The translations under genes were made by a program, and so were the position numbers. Below the pieces are notes generated by a model. That model made no database searches. It had not been told where the DNA came from and was given only the letters and a program-made list of their open reading frames with translations. A stretch of 45,943 bases of DNA from a virus. Lineage: Duplodnaviria; Caudoviricetes. The stretch covers positions 1-45,943 of the IMG/VR virus record IMGVR_UViG_3300012971_000027. One strand, given 5' to 3'. This document shows, piece by piece, positions 25,392 through 34,517 of the stretch (position 1 is its first letter; the number at the start of each line of letters is the position of its first letter).

Positions 25392-28300
25392 TCACTGCGT
25401 CCCTAAAAAGGATGGGTTGTGCTTGCCATCGTCGCGTTGCTGATCCTCGTGCGCCATGCGCTCGACGCGGCGCTGGCTGCGAGCCATCTGCGCCCGCGTC
25501 TGATATGCCGGGATAGATGGAGCTTCCACATTCATCTTGATCGGCTTTTCCATCTGAGCACGCATCATATTGATCTGATCGTTGGATATGATGCCACCAG
25601 AAAGCGAGGGTGAAAAAAGCTCTGGCCCCTCTTCGCCGACCAGGTACGAAGAGCCGGCGCCAACCGGACCGCCACCTTGTCGCGATTCTGCCCTTGCTGC
25701 CCTTGTTTCAAGCTGCCGTTTCTTGGATGCCCATGCTTGAGCACCCATCGCCTCGAAATGCATCGGATCGCCAAAACGGCCGCCCCATGACAGTCCGTGC
25801 TGCCATGCAATTGCTTCCACCGACGATGGCAAGTTAGTACGACCATGCTGCGGATTTTGTTTAACATTGATGTCAACAGCAGTGCCGTAAGCATGCATCG
25901 ATGGCGTTCTCGTGCCCGCTATGGCTCGCGGGTTATAGCCGCCGCCGCCGCGAACATCGACCGGATATCCCCGTTCTATCATTTCGTTCAAAAAGCCTTC
26001 ATAGCGATCAGCAACGAGCGCATTAACTTTTACCGACTGGCCATTGCTCAGGGTGATTGTTTTTGTTTGTATGCTACCGAGTTTGCCAAACTCTCCTGTG
26101 CGTGCCGCATTAAACTCACCTCGTTCACCACGCCTAATCGCGGCTTTATAGCTGTCCACCGGCGCGAGCGACGCTTTGCGCATATCTTCTCGCGCCGCTT
26201 CAAGCGTCCTGCTCCGTGTCGCAGGGTCGCCCTCAATATCCATTCCTGTGGGACCAGCCAGGCGAGTCTCGCGCTCTATGCGGGCTACATCGAGTGTCCT
26301 GCTCCGTGTTGCAATATCGCCTTCGAGGTCCATGCCGCTGGCATATTGTGTTGGCTGTCCTCCGCCAGCAGGAAGAATAGTCTTGTAATAAGCCGCCATT
26401 TGCGCCCGCGAAGTATCACCAAGCACACGAGCTTGCGAAGAAAGAGTGGCTCGCGTATTTGGGTCCTTCATCCATTCATTTGCATTGGGAGAGAATTGCA
26501 TTGCTTGCAAAAATGCGGCTTGCTCTGCATGCGACATCTTGGAAAGATCAACACCGGCCGCTTTTACTTTTTGGTCAAACTTATAATGATCGAGCCAAGC
26601 ACCATAAACGTCGATCTGTTTCGCTGGTGACGCTTTCAGATATTCCGACCAAGTTAAACCGCCGAGTTTGCCGCCGGCCTCTCTGAAAGTCTGCTGACCG
26701 ATCTGTGTAAGACCACGATACTTTCCATGACTTCCAGTGGCACCTGTGCTCCAGCCCGATTCGACAGAAATCAGACCAGCGATAGATTGCGGGGTGAGGC
26801 CGTGTTTTGCACCGACCCGTCGTAGCGACGCCGTTTCAGCTGCCGGAATAACCCTGCCCTGTGAGCGTGGCATGATGAGTTCAGGACCCTTCTCACCAAC
26901 GATCGTGGGAGCAACAGGCGCAGGCGCAGGCGCTGGCGCTGGGCGGGGGCGGGTACGAGGCCGCGGCAAGACGATCTCCGGACCCTTCTCACCAACCACC
27001 GCGGGTTTGCCAGGAGTCACATCTCCGCCCTCCGCGTGATACTCAGGGCGATATTGAGCTGGCGGTCCTCCACTTGGAACGTCAGCCGGAGTTGCCGGGT
27101 GCACATACGGGTCTTGCGGCACCGGCTTGCCGTCCACACGCGTGCGCGGCGTCGGCGCCTCCGGAGTCCCGCGCATTCGGCCAGTGCTCGGATCGCGAGT
27201 GCCGCCCCGCGTTCCCCTAGCTGGATCGCCGCCATCGCCATCGGCGCCGCCGCCGGCGGCCCCAGCGGCGCCCAAGCCCCTGTACTCCAAAATATCGTTA
27301 AGCCTGCGCAACTCCTCGGTCAGCGATTTGGTCTCACGCGTATTTTCCTTTTCGGCTTCGACACTTTCGCCGCCGCCGCCGCGAGCGCCGGTTAGCGGCA
27401 CCACTGCTTCCGCCCCTGCCTCGCCGAGCATTGCCAAAGTTGGCTTGCTGACAATGCCGCCATGCTGGAATGGCGTTGGCATCATGATGGGAGGACCACC
27501 GCCCTCGCCTTCAAATAGCTTCGGCGCGCCCTCTCCTCGCACTCTCTCCTCGCGGCCCTTCCAGACGCCCTTGATATGCTCCCATTCTTCGGTGAGGCCG
27601 GTGATATTCAGCAATTTCTTCCAATCGAGTTCCCAATTAAATGCCGCCTGTAACTCATGTGCGACCTCGTTCAATGTCTTCATAGATTGATTCAAATCTT
27701 CAAGGGCTTTCGGCGCTCCCAAAGTGTTCAGAAACTCGCCTACCTTCTCGCCCAGGTCGGCGATCAATGCCGCCATGCGCGTCGCCGATGCCTTGAACTT
27801 TTCATCCAGCTCGGCATTTTTCTGAGTGATCTGAGCAATCGCCTCGGCAACGCTAGTCAATTTCGCTCTTATTTGATCTTGGGCTTCGCCGTACTTTCTT
27901 ATGGTCTCGACCGTTTCATCAGGAATTCCCAACCGCTGTGCCTTGATGCGGGCAGTTTCGTCTCCTCCCAACAGACCTAGTTCCTTGAACTTCACGAGCA
28001 AGGCATCGTAAAGCGCGATCAACGGATCGGAGCTGGACTTGATAGCCGCCATCTGCGGGATCATCATGCGGCCGAGCCTAGTGCTCGTATCCATCGCCTC
28101 CGACAGCGAGTTCTTGAGTGCATCCGCCGCAAGCCGCGGATCACCCATCTTCTCCGCCAACGTGGCAAACATGGCCGCAAGATCGGCAGTTCGGTTCTTG
28201 CCGCCGATGTGCACCTGCTCGAGTAGTTTGTTGAGTTCCGGCACGGCCTGCAAAAACGGCCCCAGCATCGCCTTCGGCATCGTGGTCGCCCATTGCGCAA

Positions 28301-28928
28301 CCACACCCTCTACCTCATCGAGCGGTACTTTGAGCTGTTTAAGCGCCGAGATCGCACCTTTCGAGATCGTGTCAAATGAGACGCCAGTGGCGCGCGCGAT
28401 CGCCTGCAGCCGTTCGTATAGCTTGATTCCCTCATCCGTCTGCGCGCCCGACAGCGCAAGGAAATCACGCAGCTGACTGACCAGCTCCTCCTTGCTGGCC
28501 CCTGTTTTTTGTCGTATCCGCTCGACGGTCTCCGTCACCGTCTTCATCTGCTCGTCCGTCAGCTTGATCTCTTGTCTGGCGCGCGTTATCGCGTCTTCGA
28601 AGTTCATGAAGCCGGAAACGCCACGCCGCACGAACTCCTCGATCGCTCCCGCACCGACCAAGCCGACGACGCCTTGAGCAAGACTGCTGACGGCGCCCGC
28701 CGCCTTCTGGAACGAACTCGTTGTCTTTCTGCCGACCTCCTCCTCGGCTTTCTTCGATAGGTCTTGCAGCCTATTTATCGTGCGCTCGATCTCCGAGTTG
28801 ATACCCTTCGACCACATCGCGTTAACCGCTTCGGCCGTCGAGCGCATGTTCTGCAACATGCCCGACAGCGCGCGGGCAGTATCATCCGTAGCGCTTATGC
28901 GTATGTTGGTTTCGGCAATGTCAGGCAT
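25392..28928 (-). CDS. Tape measure protein with lytic transglycosylase-like and M15 peptidase domains
   Basis: Helical N-terminal two-thirds; LISVESGW...GLTQIG; YNPR...SMHAYGTAVDIN...WGGRF.DPMHFE; position between chaperone and gpU. Confidence 0.9.
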   Translation of the reverse strand: MPDIAETNIRISATDDTARALSGMLQNMRSTAEAVNAMWSKGINSEIERTINRLQDLSKKAEEEVGRKTTSSFQKAAGAVSSLAQGVVGLVGAGAIEEFVRRGVSGFMNFEDAITRARQEIKLTDEQMKTVTETVERIRQKTGASKEELVSQLRDFLALSGAQTDEGIKLYERLQAIARATGVSFDTISKGAISALKQLKVPLDEVEGVVAQWATTMPKAMLGPFLQAVPELNKLLEQVHIGGKNRTADLAAMFATLAEKMGDPRLAADALKNSLSEAMDTSTRLGRMMIPQMAAIKSSSDPLIALYDALLVKFKELGLLGGDETARIKAQRLGIPDETVETIRKYGEAQDQIRAKLTSVAEAIAQITQKNAELDEKFKASATRMAALIADLGEKVGEFLNTLGAPKALEDLNQSMKTLNEVAHELQAAFNWELDWKKLLNITGLTEEWEHIKGVWKGREERVRGEGAPKLFEGEGGGPPIMMPTPFQHGGIVSKPTLAMLGEAGAEAVVPLTGARGGGGESVEAEKENTRETKSLTEELRRLNDILEYRGLGAAGAAGGGADGDGGDPARGTRGGTRDPSTGRMRGTPEAPTPRTRVDGKPVPQDPYVHPATPADVPSGGPPAQYRPEYHAEGGDVTPGKPAVVGEKGPEIVLPRPRTRPRPAPAPAPAPVAPTIVGEKGPELIMPRSQGRVIPAAETASLRRVGAKHGLTPQSIAGLISVESGWSTGATGSHGKYRGLTQIGQQTFREAGGKLGGLTWSEYLKASPAKQIDVYGAWLDHYKFDQKVKAAGVDLSKMSHAEQAAFLQAMQFSPNANEWMKDPNTRATLSSQARVLGDTSRAQMAAYYKTILPAGGGQPTQYASGMDLEGDIATRSRTLDVARIERETRLAGPTGMDIEGDPATRSRTLEAAREDMRKASLAPVDSYKAAIRRGERGEFNAARTGEFGKLGSIQTKTITLSNGQSVKVNALVADRYEGFLNEMIERGYPVDVRGGGGYNPRAIAGTRTPSMHAYGTAVDINVKQNPQHGRTNLPSSVEAIAWQHGLSWGGRFGDPMHFEAMGAQAWASKKRQLETRAARAESRQGGGPVGAGSSYLVGEEGPELFSPSLSGGIISNDQINMMRAQMEKPIKMNVEAPSIPAYQTRAQMARSQRRVERMAHEDQQRDDGKHNPSFLGTQ

Positions 28929-28929
28929 C

Positions 28930-29436
28930 TCAGCTCACCTGCGCGATCTCTCCTTGCGGCTCCATACCCAACCCGTCGCCCTCGTCTTCCGGCTCGACCT
29001 GGCCCTTCTTCTTCGCCTGCGGGAATTTCAACTGCGGCGGCTTGTCGAAGCGCTTGACCTCGGTCGCATCCTCCGGCGGTTCGGGAAAACGTTGGTCAGG
29101 CGCCGGTTCTAGCGCGGCCTGCTCCTGCTCGACGGGCAGTACCTCGCCAAATGCAGGCGTCACGAACGGGTGCGTACCCTGCGCAATATCCTGCTGGATC
29201 GGGTCCGGACATAGAGCGGTGAGAACAGCGATGGTAAATCCCCAATCGGCGTTGCTCAGCTCGCGCAGAGCTGTCTCCGGTAGCCCACTCAGCAACGACA
29301 GCAGCCCGAGCGTCGACAAGTGCTGCTCGATCCACCGTATCTGATGGTCGAGCTTCGGGCGGCTAATGCCGACGCTCGCGATCCGTTGCCCGTTGTGCTC
29401 GATCGGCTGCAGCAGATTGATCGTCACATCAACCAT
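28930..29436 (-). CDS. Tail assembly chaperone (gpE-like)
   Basis: I.L..PIEHNG.....V.I.RPK, L..LSGLP...L.EL...D; between tube and tape measure. Confidence 0.75.
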   Translation of the reverse strand: MVDVTINLLQPIEHNGQRIASVGISRPKLDHQIRWIEQHLSTLGLLSLLSGLPETALRELSNADWGFTIAVLTALCPDPIQQDIAQGTHPFVTPAFGEVLPVEQEQAALEPAPDQRFPEPPEDATEVKRFDKPPQLKFPQAKKKGQVEPEDEGDGLGMEPQGEIAQVS

Positions 29437-29440
29437 GCGA

Positions 29441-30013
29441 CTACGCGCTGCTCACGATGATCGGCGAGATGTTGGTCGCGCCGGTCTGCAGCTGAGCATT
29501 GATGTCAGCCATGCGATCGACGCCGCCGACCAGGAACGTATTGTTGGCGAAGTCGTAGAGGTAGAGCGACTCGTCGGCCAGCACCAGCTCATAGTGCAGG
29601 ATGGAACGGATCGAGTAGTTCCAGTGCTGCAAATCACCCGGGCGCCAATTTACCGGCTCCGCACGGCCTAGCCGCCCGCGGAACAGCGCGATGCCTTGCG
29701 AAGCCTCGCCGGTGATCTGGTCCTGCACATAGCCGTAGGCGGTGAACCAGTTGTCGTCGGCAACCCACGAGTTGAATAGCTCCGCCACCTGCGGCGACCA
29801 ACCGACCAGGCTGAACGTCGCCTCGAGCCGGTTGACCATCAGATCGATTTCGATGGTGATCGGACCGCCACCGGGACGATGATCAACATACTGTTCTTCC
29901 ATCGTTGGCAGCTTGAGCTCGGCGAGAACAAGATGGTTGCTGTTGCTCTCGTCAGCGGCTTCCTTGCCGCAGAACAGGTTGGCCTTTTTCATAATCAGAG
30001 GCGTGTTGGGCAT
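29441..30013 (-). CDS. Major tail tube protein (P2 FII-like)
   Basis: ANLF, ELKLP......HRPGG, LEATF, GRL, YEL......Y.YD..NN...VGGVD. Confidence 0.9.
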   Translation of the reverse strand: MPNTPLIMKKANLFCGKEAADESNSNHLVLAELKLPTMEEQYVDHRPGGGPITIEIDLMVNRLEATFSLVGWSPQVAELFNSWVADDNWFTAYGYVQDQITGEASQGIALFRGRLGRAEPVNWRPGDLQHWNYSIRSILHYELVLADESLYLYDFANNTFLVGGVDRMADINAQLQTGATNISPIIVSSA

Positions 30014-30053
30014 GGTGTTTGTCTCCGGTTAACAGCGCTAGACATGAAGGGTC

Positions 30054-30119
30054 ACGCACGGAGGAGGCTGTCAGTCCTCCTTGCCAGTTCACCGAGTGTT
30101 GCTTCACCCGGCCGTGCGT
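30054..30119 (-). other. Three-way-junction RNA structure in the sheath-tube intergenic region
   Basis: ACGCACGG/CCGUGCGU closing stem enclosing CCGGGUG/CACUCGG and AGGAGG/CCUCCU hairpins. Confidence 0.55.
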
Positions 30120-30123
30120 TTTT

Positions 30124-32013
30124 TTAAGCCGCAATGTTGAGTTGCTGCTCGAGCTGCTGCACCATGTGGTCGATCGCCGGCTTGTAGCGGGCCGACATCG
30201 TGGTGATCCGCTCGGTGATCGGCGGCTCTTCTGCCTGGAAGCCGACGGTGAGATGACCAAGCCGGATCTCACTCGCCGAGTTCAGATTGCCCTTGAAGTT
30301 CATCCTATAGTCGATGATCCATTCCCGCGCCTTGGCATTGCCGAGGAAGTCGCCGATTGTCGACAGGACGTTGATGATGGTCTGCTTGGTGATGTTAGTC
30401 CGGCCCAAGTAAGTCCGCAAAGCCGGCATCAACGACAGATGGATGAAGTCGCGCATGCGGCAAACGGAATACATTTGCCACAAGGTGTCGTCTCCCGCGT
30501 TGTCGAGCACAATGCCGATGAAGCCGCCCGACGAGATGGCGGTCTCCACGCCGACGTTGCCGCGCACGGTGATGCCGATGTTTGCCCCCAGCAGCTGCTG
30601 GCCCTCGCAGGCGCCATCGGTGAGCGAAAACACGATGGTACGGCCAGGCGCAACGATGCCCTGGATCGGGCGGTTGGCGATGCTGTGTCCAGGCGCACCG
30701 ATCTCATGATCACGGGCGACCTGCATGCCTACCATTCTCGGCGCGAGCGGACGTGAGACCACCAGGCCACTGGCCTGGTCGATCACACGGCATCCGCCGG
30801 AAAGCGGCACGATGCGGCGCGAATTCATGGTGTTGCGCCATAGCTCGTCGGAAATCTGCGAGGTGCCAGCGCTCTCCACGAAAGCATAGCCGATCAGCTG
30901 GTCCAGCACTCCGGGGAGCTCGACACAGACCGGATTAGCGCCGACCGATAGCGCGGTTTGCAACGTCGCCTGCGTCGAGGCGACAGCATCGCGACCGCCC
31001 GACAAATGTGTGCCGGAAAGCGAAGCGCCGGTCACGGTGGCGGCGAGCGTGAAGTTATTGCCGACAGAGCCTGCCGTGTCGTCGACGATGAGCAACGTGC
31101 CCTGGCTGATCGAGTACGTGCATTTCGATACCTGCACATCGGCCGAGGCATTAAGATTGGTGACGAGGCTGGTTAGCGTCGCTGACAGATTCGCGCCAAG
31201 CTGGGTCTGATTGCCGACTGGCGCGCCCGACACGAACGTCCAGACGGTGGCGTTGAGCGTGATAGTCGCGCCAACGCCTGGATTGCTCGAGAAAGTGATC
31301 GAGCCGGAAGCGGCGAGCGCCGTGACCGGCGGGCCGTCGGGCGCCGGCAGTGTCGCGGTCGGCGCCACGTTGAAGTAAGCGCCGTAGCTGTCGATGAACA
31401 TCTCAGTATCAGTGATGTTGCCATTAACATCGGCCACCGCGTGCGCAACGGGCATGATCAGATAGGCTCCGTTGGTCTCGCCCGCGCCTTGCGCGAACGT
31501 CACCTGATAGGTCTGGCCTGGCGTGTAGCCGACGCCGTCGATGTTGGTGGTGAGCGTATCGAGCGAGTTCGCCTGCTGGCCGGTATAGCCGGGGCAAACG
31601 ATCAGCCGCGGCGTACAGAACAACAGATTAGGAGCTCGCAGCAGCGCGTGCACGCCGGTGCTAGCGACCGAGTTGCCCATAATGTTTGCGATGGTCTGCG
31701 CCAGCTTGATGTTGGCATTGGCGTCGGTGCCGTAGCGCGTGCGCACGATCACGAGCTGCGCGGCGATCTCGAAGTCCGCGAGCTGATCGTTGATGCCGTC
31801 GATGGCGTCGAGGAGGTACCCATCGGGACCGAGGTCGTTGAACAACGTGGAGTCGTTCGAGTACGCCAGGACCGGCGTGTCGTACGGAAATCGGCTGTTG
31901 CTCGCCGTCGAGCACGGACCAACGATGCCGATCACATCCATATTTGCCCCAATGACGGGCTGGGGCTGGTCGTCGACGATGATGAATTGAAGACCGAACT
32001 TCGGAGCGGTCAT
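30124..32013 (-). CDS. Tail sheath protein (P2 FI-like) with ~200 aa internal insertion
   Basis: VIGIVG, TGVHALL.A......PRLIVCPGYT, ARDHE.G.P.HSIANRPIQGI, R.RDFI, G.L.V.F.AEEPP. Confidence 0.9.
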   Translation of the reverse strand: MTAPKFGLQFIIVDDQPQPVIGANMDVIGIVGPCSTASNSRFPYDTPVLAYSNDSTLFNDLGPDGYLLDAIDGINDQLADFEIAAQLVIVRTRYGTDANANIKLAQTIANIMGNSVASTGVHALLRAPNLLFCTPRLIVCPGYTGQQANSLDTLTTNIDGVGYTPGQTYQVTFAQGAGETNGAYLIMPVAHAVADVNGNITDTEMFIDSYGAYFNVAPTATLPAPDGPPVTALAASGSITFSSNPGVGATITLNATVWTFVSGAPVGNQTQLGANLSATLTSLVTNLNASADVQVSKCTYSISQGTLLIVDDTAGSVGNNFTLAATVTGASLSGTHLSGGRDAVASTQATLQTALSVGANPVCVELPGVLDQLIGYAFVESAGTSQISDELWRNTMNSRRIVPLSGGCRVIDQASGLVVSRPLAPRMVGMQVARDHEIGAPGHSIANRPIQGIVAPGRTIVFSLTDGACEGQQLLGANIGITVRGNVGVETAISSGGFIGIVLDNAGDDTLWQMYSVCRMRDFIHLSLMPALRTYLGRTNITKQTIINVLSTIGDFLGNAKAREWIIDYRMNFKGNLNSASEIRLGHLTVGFQAEEPPITERITTMSARYKPAIDHMVQQLEQQLNIAA

Positions 32014-32030
32014 TGCTACTTCTCCTTGCG

Positions 32031-32252
32031 TTAGAACGTAACCCCCGTAGGGATCGTGAGTTTCAGGCTAGTCTGATCGCCGTAGATCATGACGGTGAGC
32101 GATGGCACGCGATTAACTGTGTTGGTCGGATCTTGATAGAAGTCGATGCGGCGCACGAAGCCGCCGCTATCCGGGTCCTCGGTGATGTCGCTTACCGACA
32201 CGGACATGGTGCCATCGATGCGAATGTTCTGATAGATGAGCGTGATCGGCAT
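32031..32252 (-). CDS. Hypothetical small beta protein
   Basis: AAGGGG SD; fills the gap in the operon. Confidence 0.65.
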   Translation of the reverse strand: MPITLIYQNIRIDGTMSVSVSDITEDPDSGGFVRRIDFYQDPTNTVNRVPSLTVMIYGDQTSLKLTIPTGVTF

Positions 32253-32261
32253 CTCTGCCCC

Positions 32262-32957
32262 TTATTTTTTGCCACTGCCGAGATACGGTCCGGGCCATCC
32301 GATAGTCCCTGCCAGCGCGTACAAATTGGCAGCATTGGAACCCACCGAGATATTCCCGCTACCGCTCGTGCTCTGTCCGTTACTCAATGGCTTGTCGCTC
32401 AATTCAACAGCGTGGTCATAGCCGTAAACCGGATCAAACCAGGCGTCGGTTATGCGCACGACGAAACCACTTTCTTCGGAAATTATTGGTGGAACAGGAG
32501 TGCCGCTCGGCCTTGTGCGATTGCCATAGAGCAGGTTCAACGCCAAATTGTTGTCAGCTACGGATGTTATTGCACTAACGTTAAGTGAACCGAAGACGGC
32601 AGTAACTGAGACGGCATTAGGCATTCCGGAGCAGTTGCGGTAGACAAAAACTATTGCTGCACCGTAGTTTGCCGTTTGCACAAATACCGAATTATCGCCA
32701 CTACGCCCCTTCCCCAGAAGCGTCAGTCCGGACGTATTACTGATAAAATCCCATCCCGAAATAGTCTTTGCGCTGAACGGAGCTCCGTAACTCATGAAGC
32801 ACAAGAACAAGGCATCGCCGTCCTGCACGCCTGCCGGATATTGCGCAGTTATGCCGGTGGTAAAATCGGTGAAAGCAGTGCGCGGCCCAGCAGCAAAGAA
32901 TGTAGCGGTAGGCATGGATACCGATGCCGCTACCGCGCCCAGCATTGCCGGGATCAC
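32262..32957 (-). CDS. Putative tail fibre tip / receptor-binding protein
   Basis: GTGA-coupled to the fibre gene; beta-rich, visibly more AT-rich DNA. Confidence 0.6.
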   Translation of the reverse strand: MIPAMLGAVAASVSMPTATFFAAGPRTAFTDFTTGITAQYPAGVQDGDALFLCFMSYGAPFSAKTISGWDFISNTSGLTLLGKGRSGDNSVFVQTANYGAAIVFVYRNCSGMPNAVSVTAVFGSLNVSAITSVADNNLALNLLYGNRTRPSGTPVPPIISEESGFVVRITDAWFDPVYGYDHAVELSDKPLSNGQSTSGSGNISVGSNAANLYALAGTIGWPGPYLGSGKK

Positions 32958-34300
32958 GTGCTAAGGTCTCCGGCCAGTGTGTAGATAGCGGCCACGCCGC
33001 CCGCATTTGCCGTCACGTACAGCGAGGCCAATGCGTATTGCCCGTTAGTCTTATTGCGCGCACCGCGCGTATTCAGCGTCGCACCAGAAGCAGCCGAGAA
33101 CGTCACGATACCAGCTCCGCTCTGCTCAACCACGCAATTCCAACCGACCGGGAAATTGTTCGGCAATGTCACGGTCATCGCGCTCGCCGACGACATCCGT
33201 ACCACCTGGCCATTGTTGCTGCTCTGCAGCGTGTAGGGTGTGGTCGTATGCAGATCAAAGGCCGTCAAACGCGGCAGATAAGTGCCGGCCACGCCTAGCG
33301 ATGATACCCATTGCGTATCATCAGTGCCGGCGGCAACGGTGGCCGACGAAGCCTTGGCCGGGAAGCTACCGGTGGCCGCAGCGCCAATGGTCGTGCGCAC
33401 CGTAGCTGCATCGACGTCGTCGAGGATAGTCTGCACGAAAGCACTAATCGGCAACCCCGTAAGTGCCGCGGTACTGGTCGCCATGAGCAATTGATTGGCT
33501 GCCCAAGTCATGCCTGCCAGCGTCGTGAGCTTGGCAGCACTATCTTGCTTGCCAGCAAGTTGCGTGGTCACCGAAGTCGACGAGGCTTTGGCGGCCAAAT
33601 CAGTGACTAGGCCACCGATATCGGCCTCGACCAGTGTCACCGCACCAGTCTTGCCGGCAACGCTGACCACTGGACCAGATTGCACCTGAGCCACGAGTGC
33701 ATTCATGGTGGCGACATTCGCCGCCATAGCCGACTGTGCCGATAACGCCTGGTCGCGCGCCGACTGCGTCTGTGCCAGCACATTGTTCATCGCCGGAAAT
33801 ATCGCGGCGCTATCGGAGATGAACCACGAATTCGAGACTTGCGTCTTGGTCGCGTAGATCACGTGCACGGCGAGGTCACCGGTCGACTTCGTCCAGCCAC
33901 CATCGTCCAGCGTGACCAGGCCCCAGTTGGTCGTATCGGTGAGGTCCTGCACCATCAGCACAGGTGTCGGCGTGAACAGCTGCGCGTTTTCCGTGACGCG
34001 GAAGCCGTTCGCCTCGCCGTTGACGAGGTTGACCGGGGTACCGACCGCCTTCGCCCACAGGAAGCCGAGCGTGCTGGCGTTCTGTATCTGCGTCAGCAGC
34101 GGTCCGAGAAGATTGTTTAGCTGCTGCAACGCAGTGGAAACGAAAGTGTTAACCTGTCCGTCAAATACCATCTGACGAGCATCAAGCGCCGTCAGCGCAT
34201 TGAAGATCGACAAGTACCGCCGATTGAAGAAGTTGAGGTCAACTTCCTCCTTGTCCGAGCGGACCTGCAGATCCGATGTGTAATTCAGTGCCAGCGTCAT
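32954..34300 (-). CDS. Tail fibre protein
   Basis: ATG 34300; VVSVAGKTGAVTL, DAATVRTTIG, and a C-terminal YTL...TVTLP...Q.GAG.VTF...GQYA...LAGDL fibre module. Confidence 0.75.
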   Translation of the reverse strand: MTLALNYTSDLQVRSDKEEVDLNFFNRRYLSIFNALTALDARQMVFDGQVNTFVSTALQQLNNLLGPLLTQIQNASTLGFLWAKAVGTPVNLVNGEANGFRVTENAQLFTPTPVLMVQDLTDTTNWGLVTLDDGGWTKSTGDLAVHVIYATKTQVSNSWFISDSAAIFPAMNNVLAQTQSARDQALSAQSAMAANVATMNALVAQVQSGPVVSVAGKTGAVTLVEADIGGLVTDLAAKASSTSVTTQLAGKQDSAAKLTTLAGMTWAANQLLMATSTAALTGLPISAFVQTILDDVDAATVRTTIGAAATGSFPAKASSATVAAGTDDTQWVSSLGVAGTYLPRLTAFDLHTTTPYTLQSSNNGQVVRMSSASAMTVTLPNNFPVGWNCVVEQSGAGIVTFSAASGATLNTRGARNKTNGQYALASLYVTANAGGVAAIYTLAGDLST

Positions 34301-34509
34301 GGCGTCGGCGGATAGACCGGATCGACGGTGGCACACAAATCCCTGATCGCGGTGCCGTCTGCGAGCGTGCCATTATTGTAGATGTCAGCCGGAAACTCGT
34401 AACAAGGGTAGCCTTGTTTCGGCCCTTGCACGGCGGCGGGACCGAACACGAGATCCATGAAGATGAACGGTCGATTGACTGTGACGCGGTAGGCGATGGG
34501 ATCAGCCAT
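34297..34509 (-). CDS. Hypothetical protein
   Basis: GAGGAG SD before ATG 34509. Confidence 0.65.
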   Translation of the reverse strand: MADPIAYRVTVNRPFIFMDLVFGPAAVQGPKQGYPCYEFPADIYNNGTLADGTAIRDLCATVDPVYPPTP

Positions 34510-34517
34510 GATGCTCC

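Noticed and set aside
28930-29436. Programmed -1 frameshift in the tail chaperone (gpE/E' or G/GT type)
   Set aside because: No convincing X XXY YYZ slippery site seen, and the tape measure starts 1 nt after the stop, leaving no room for an extension
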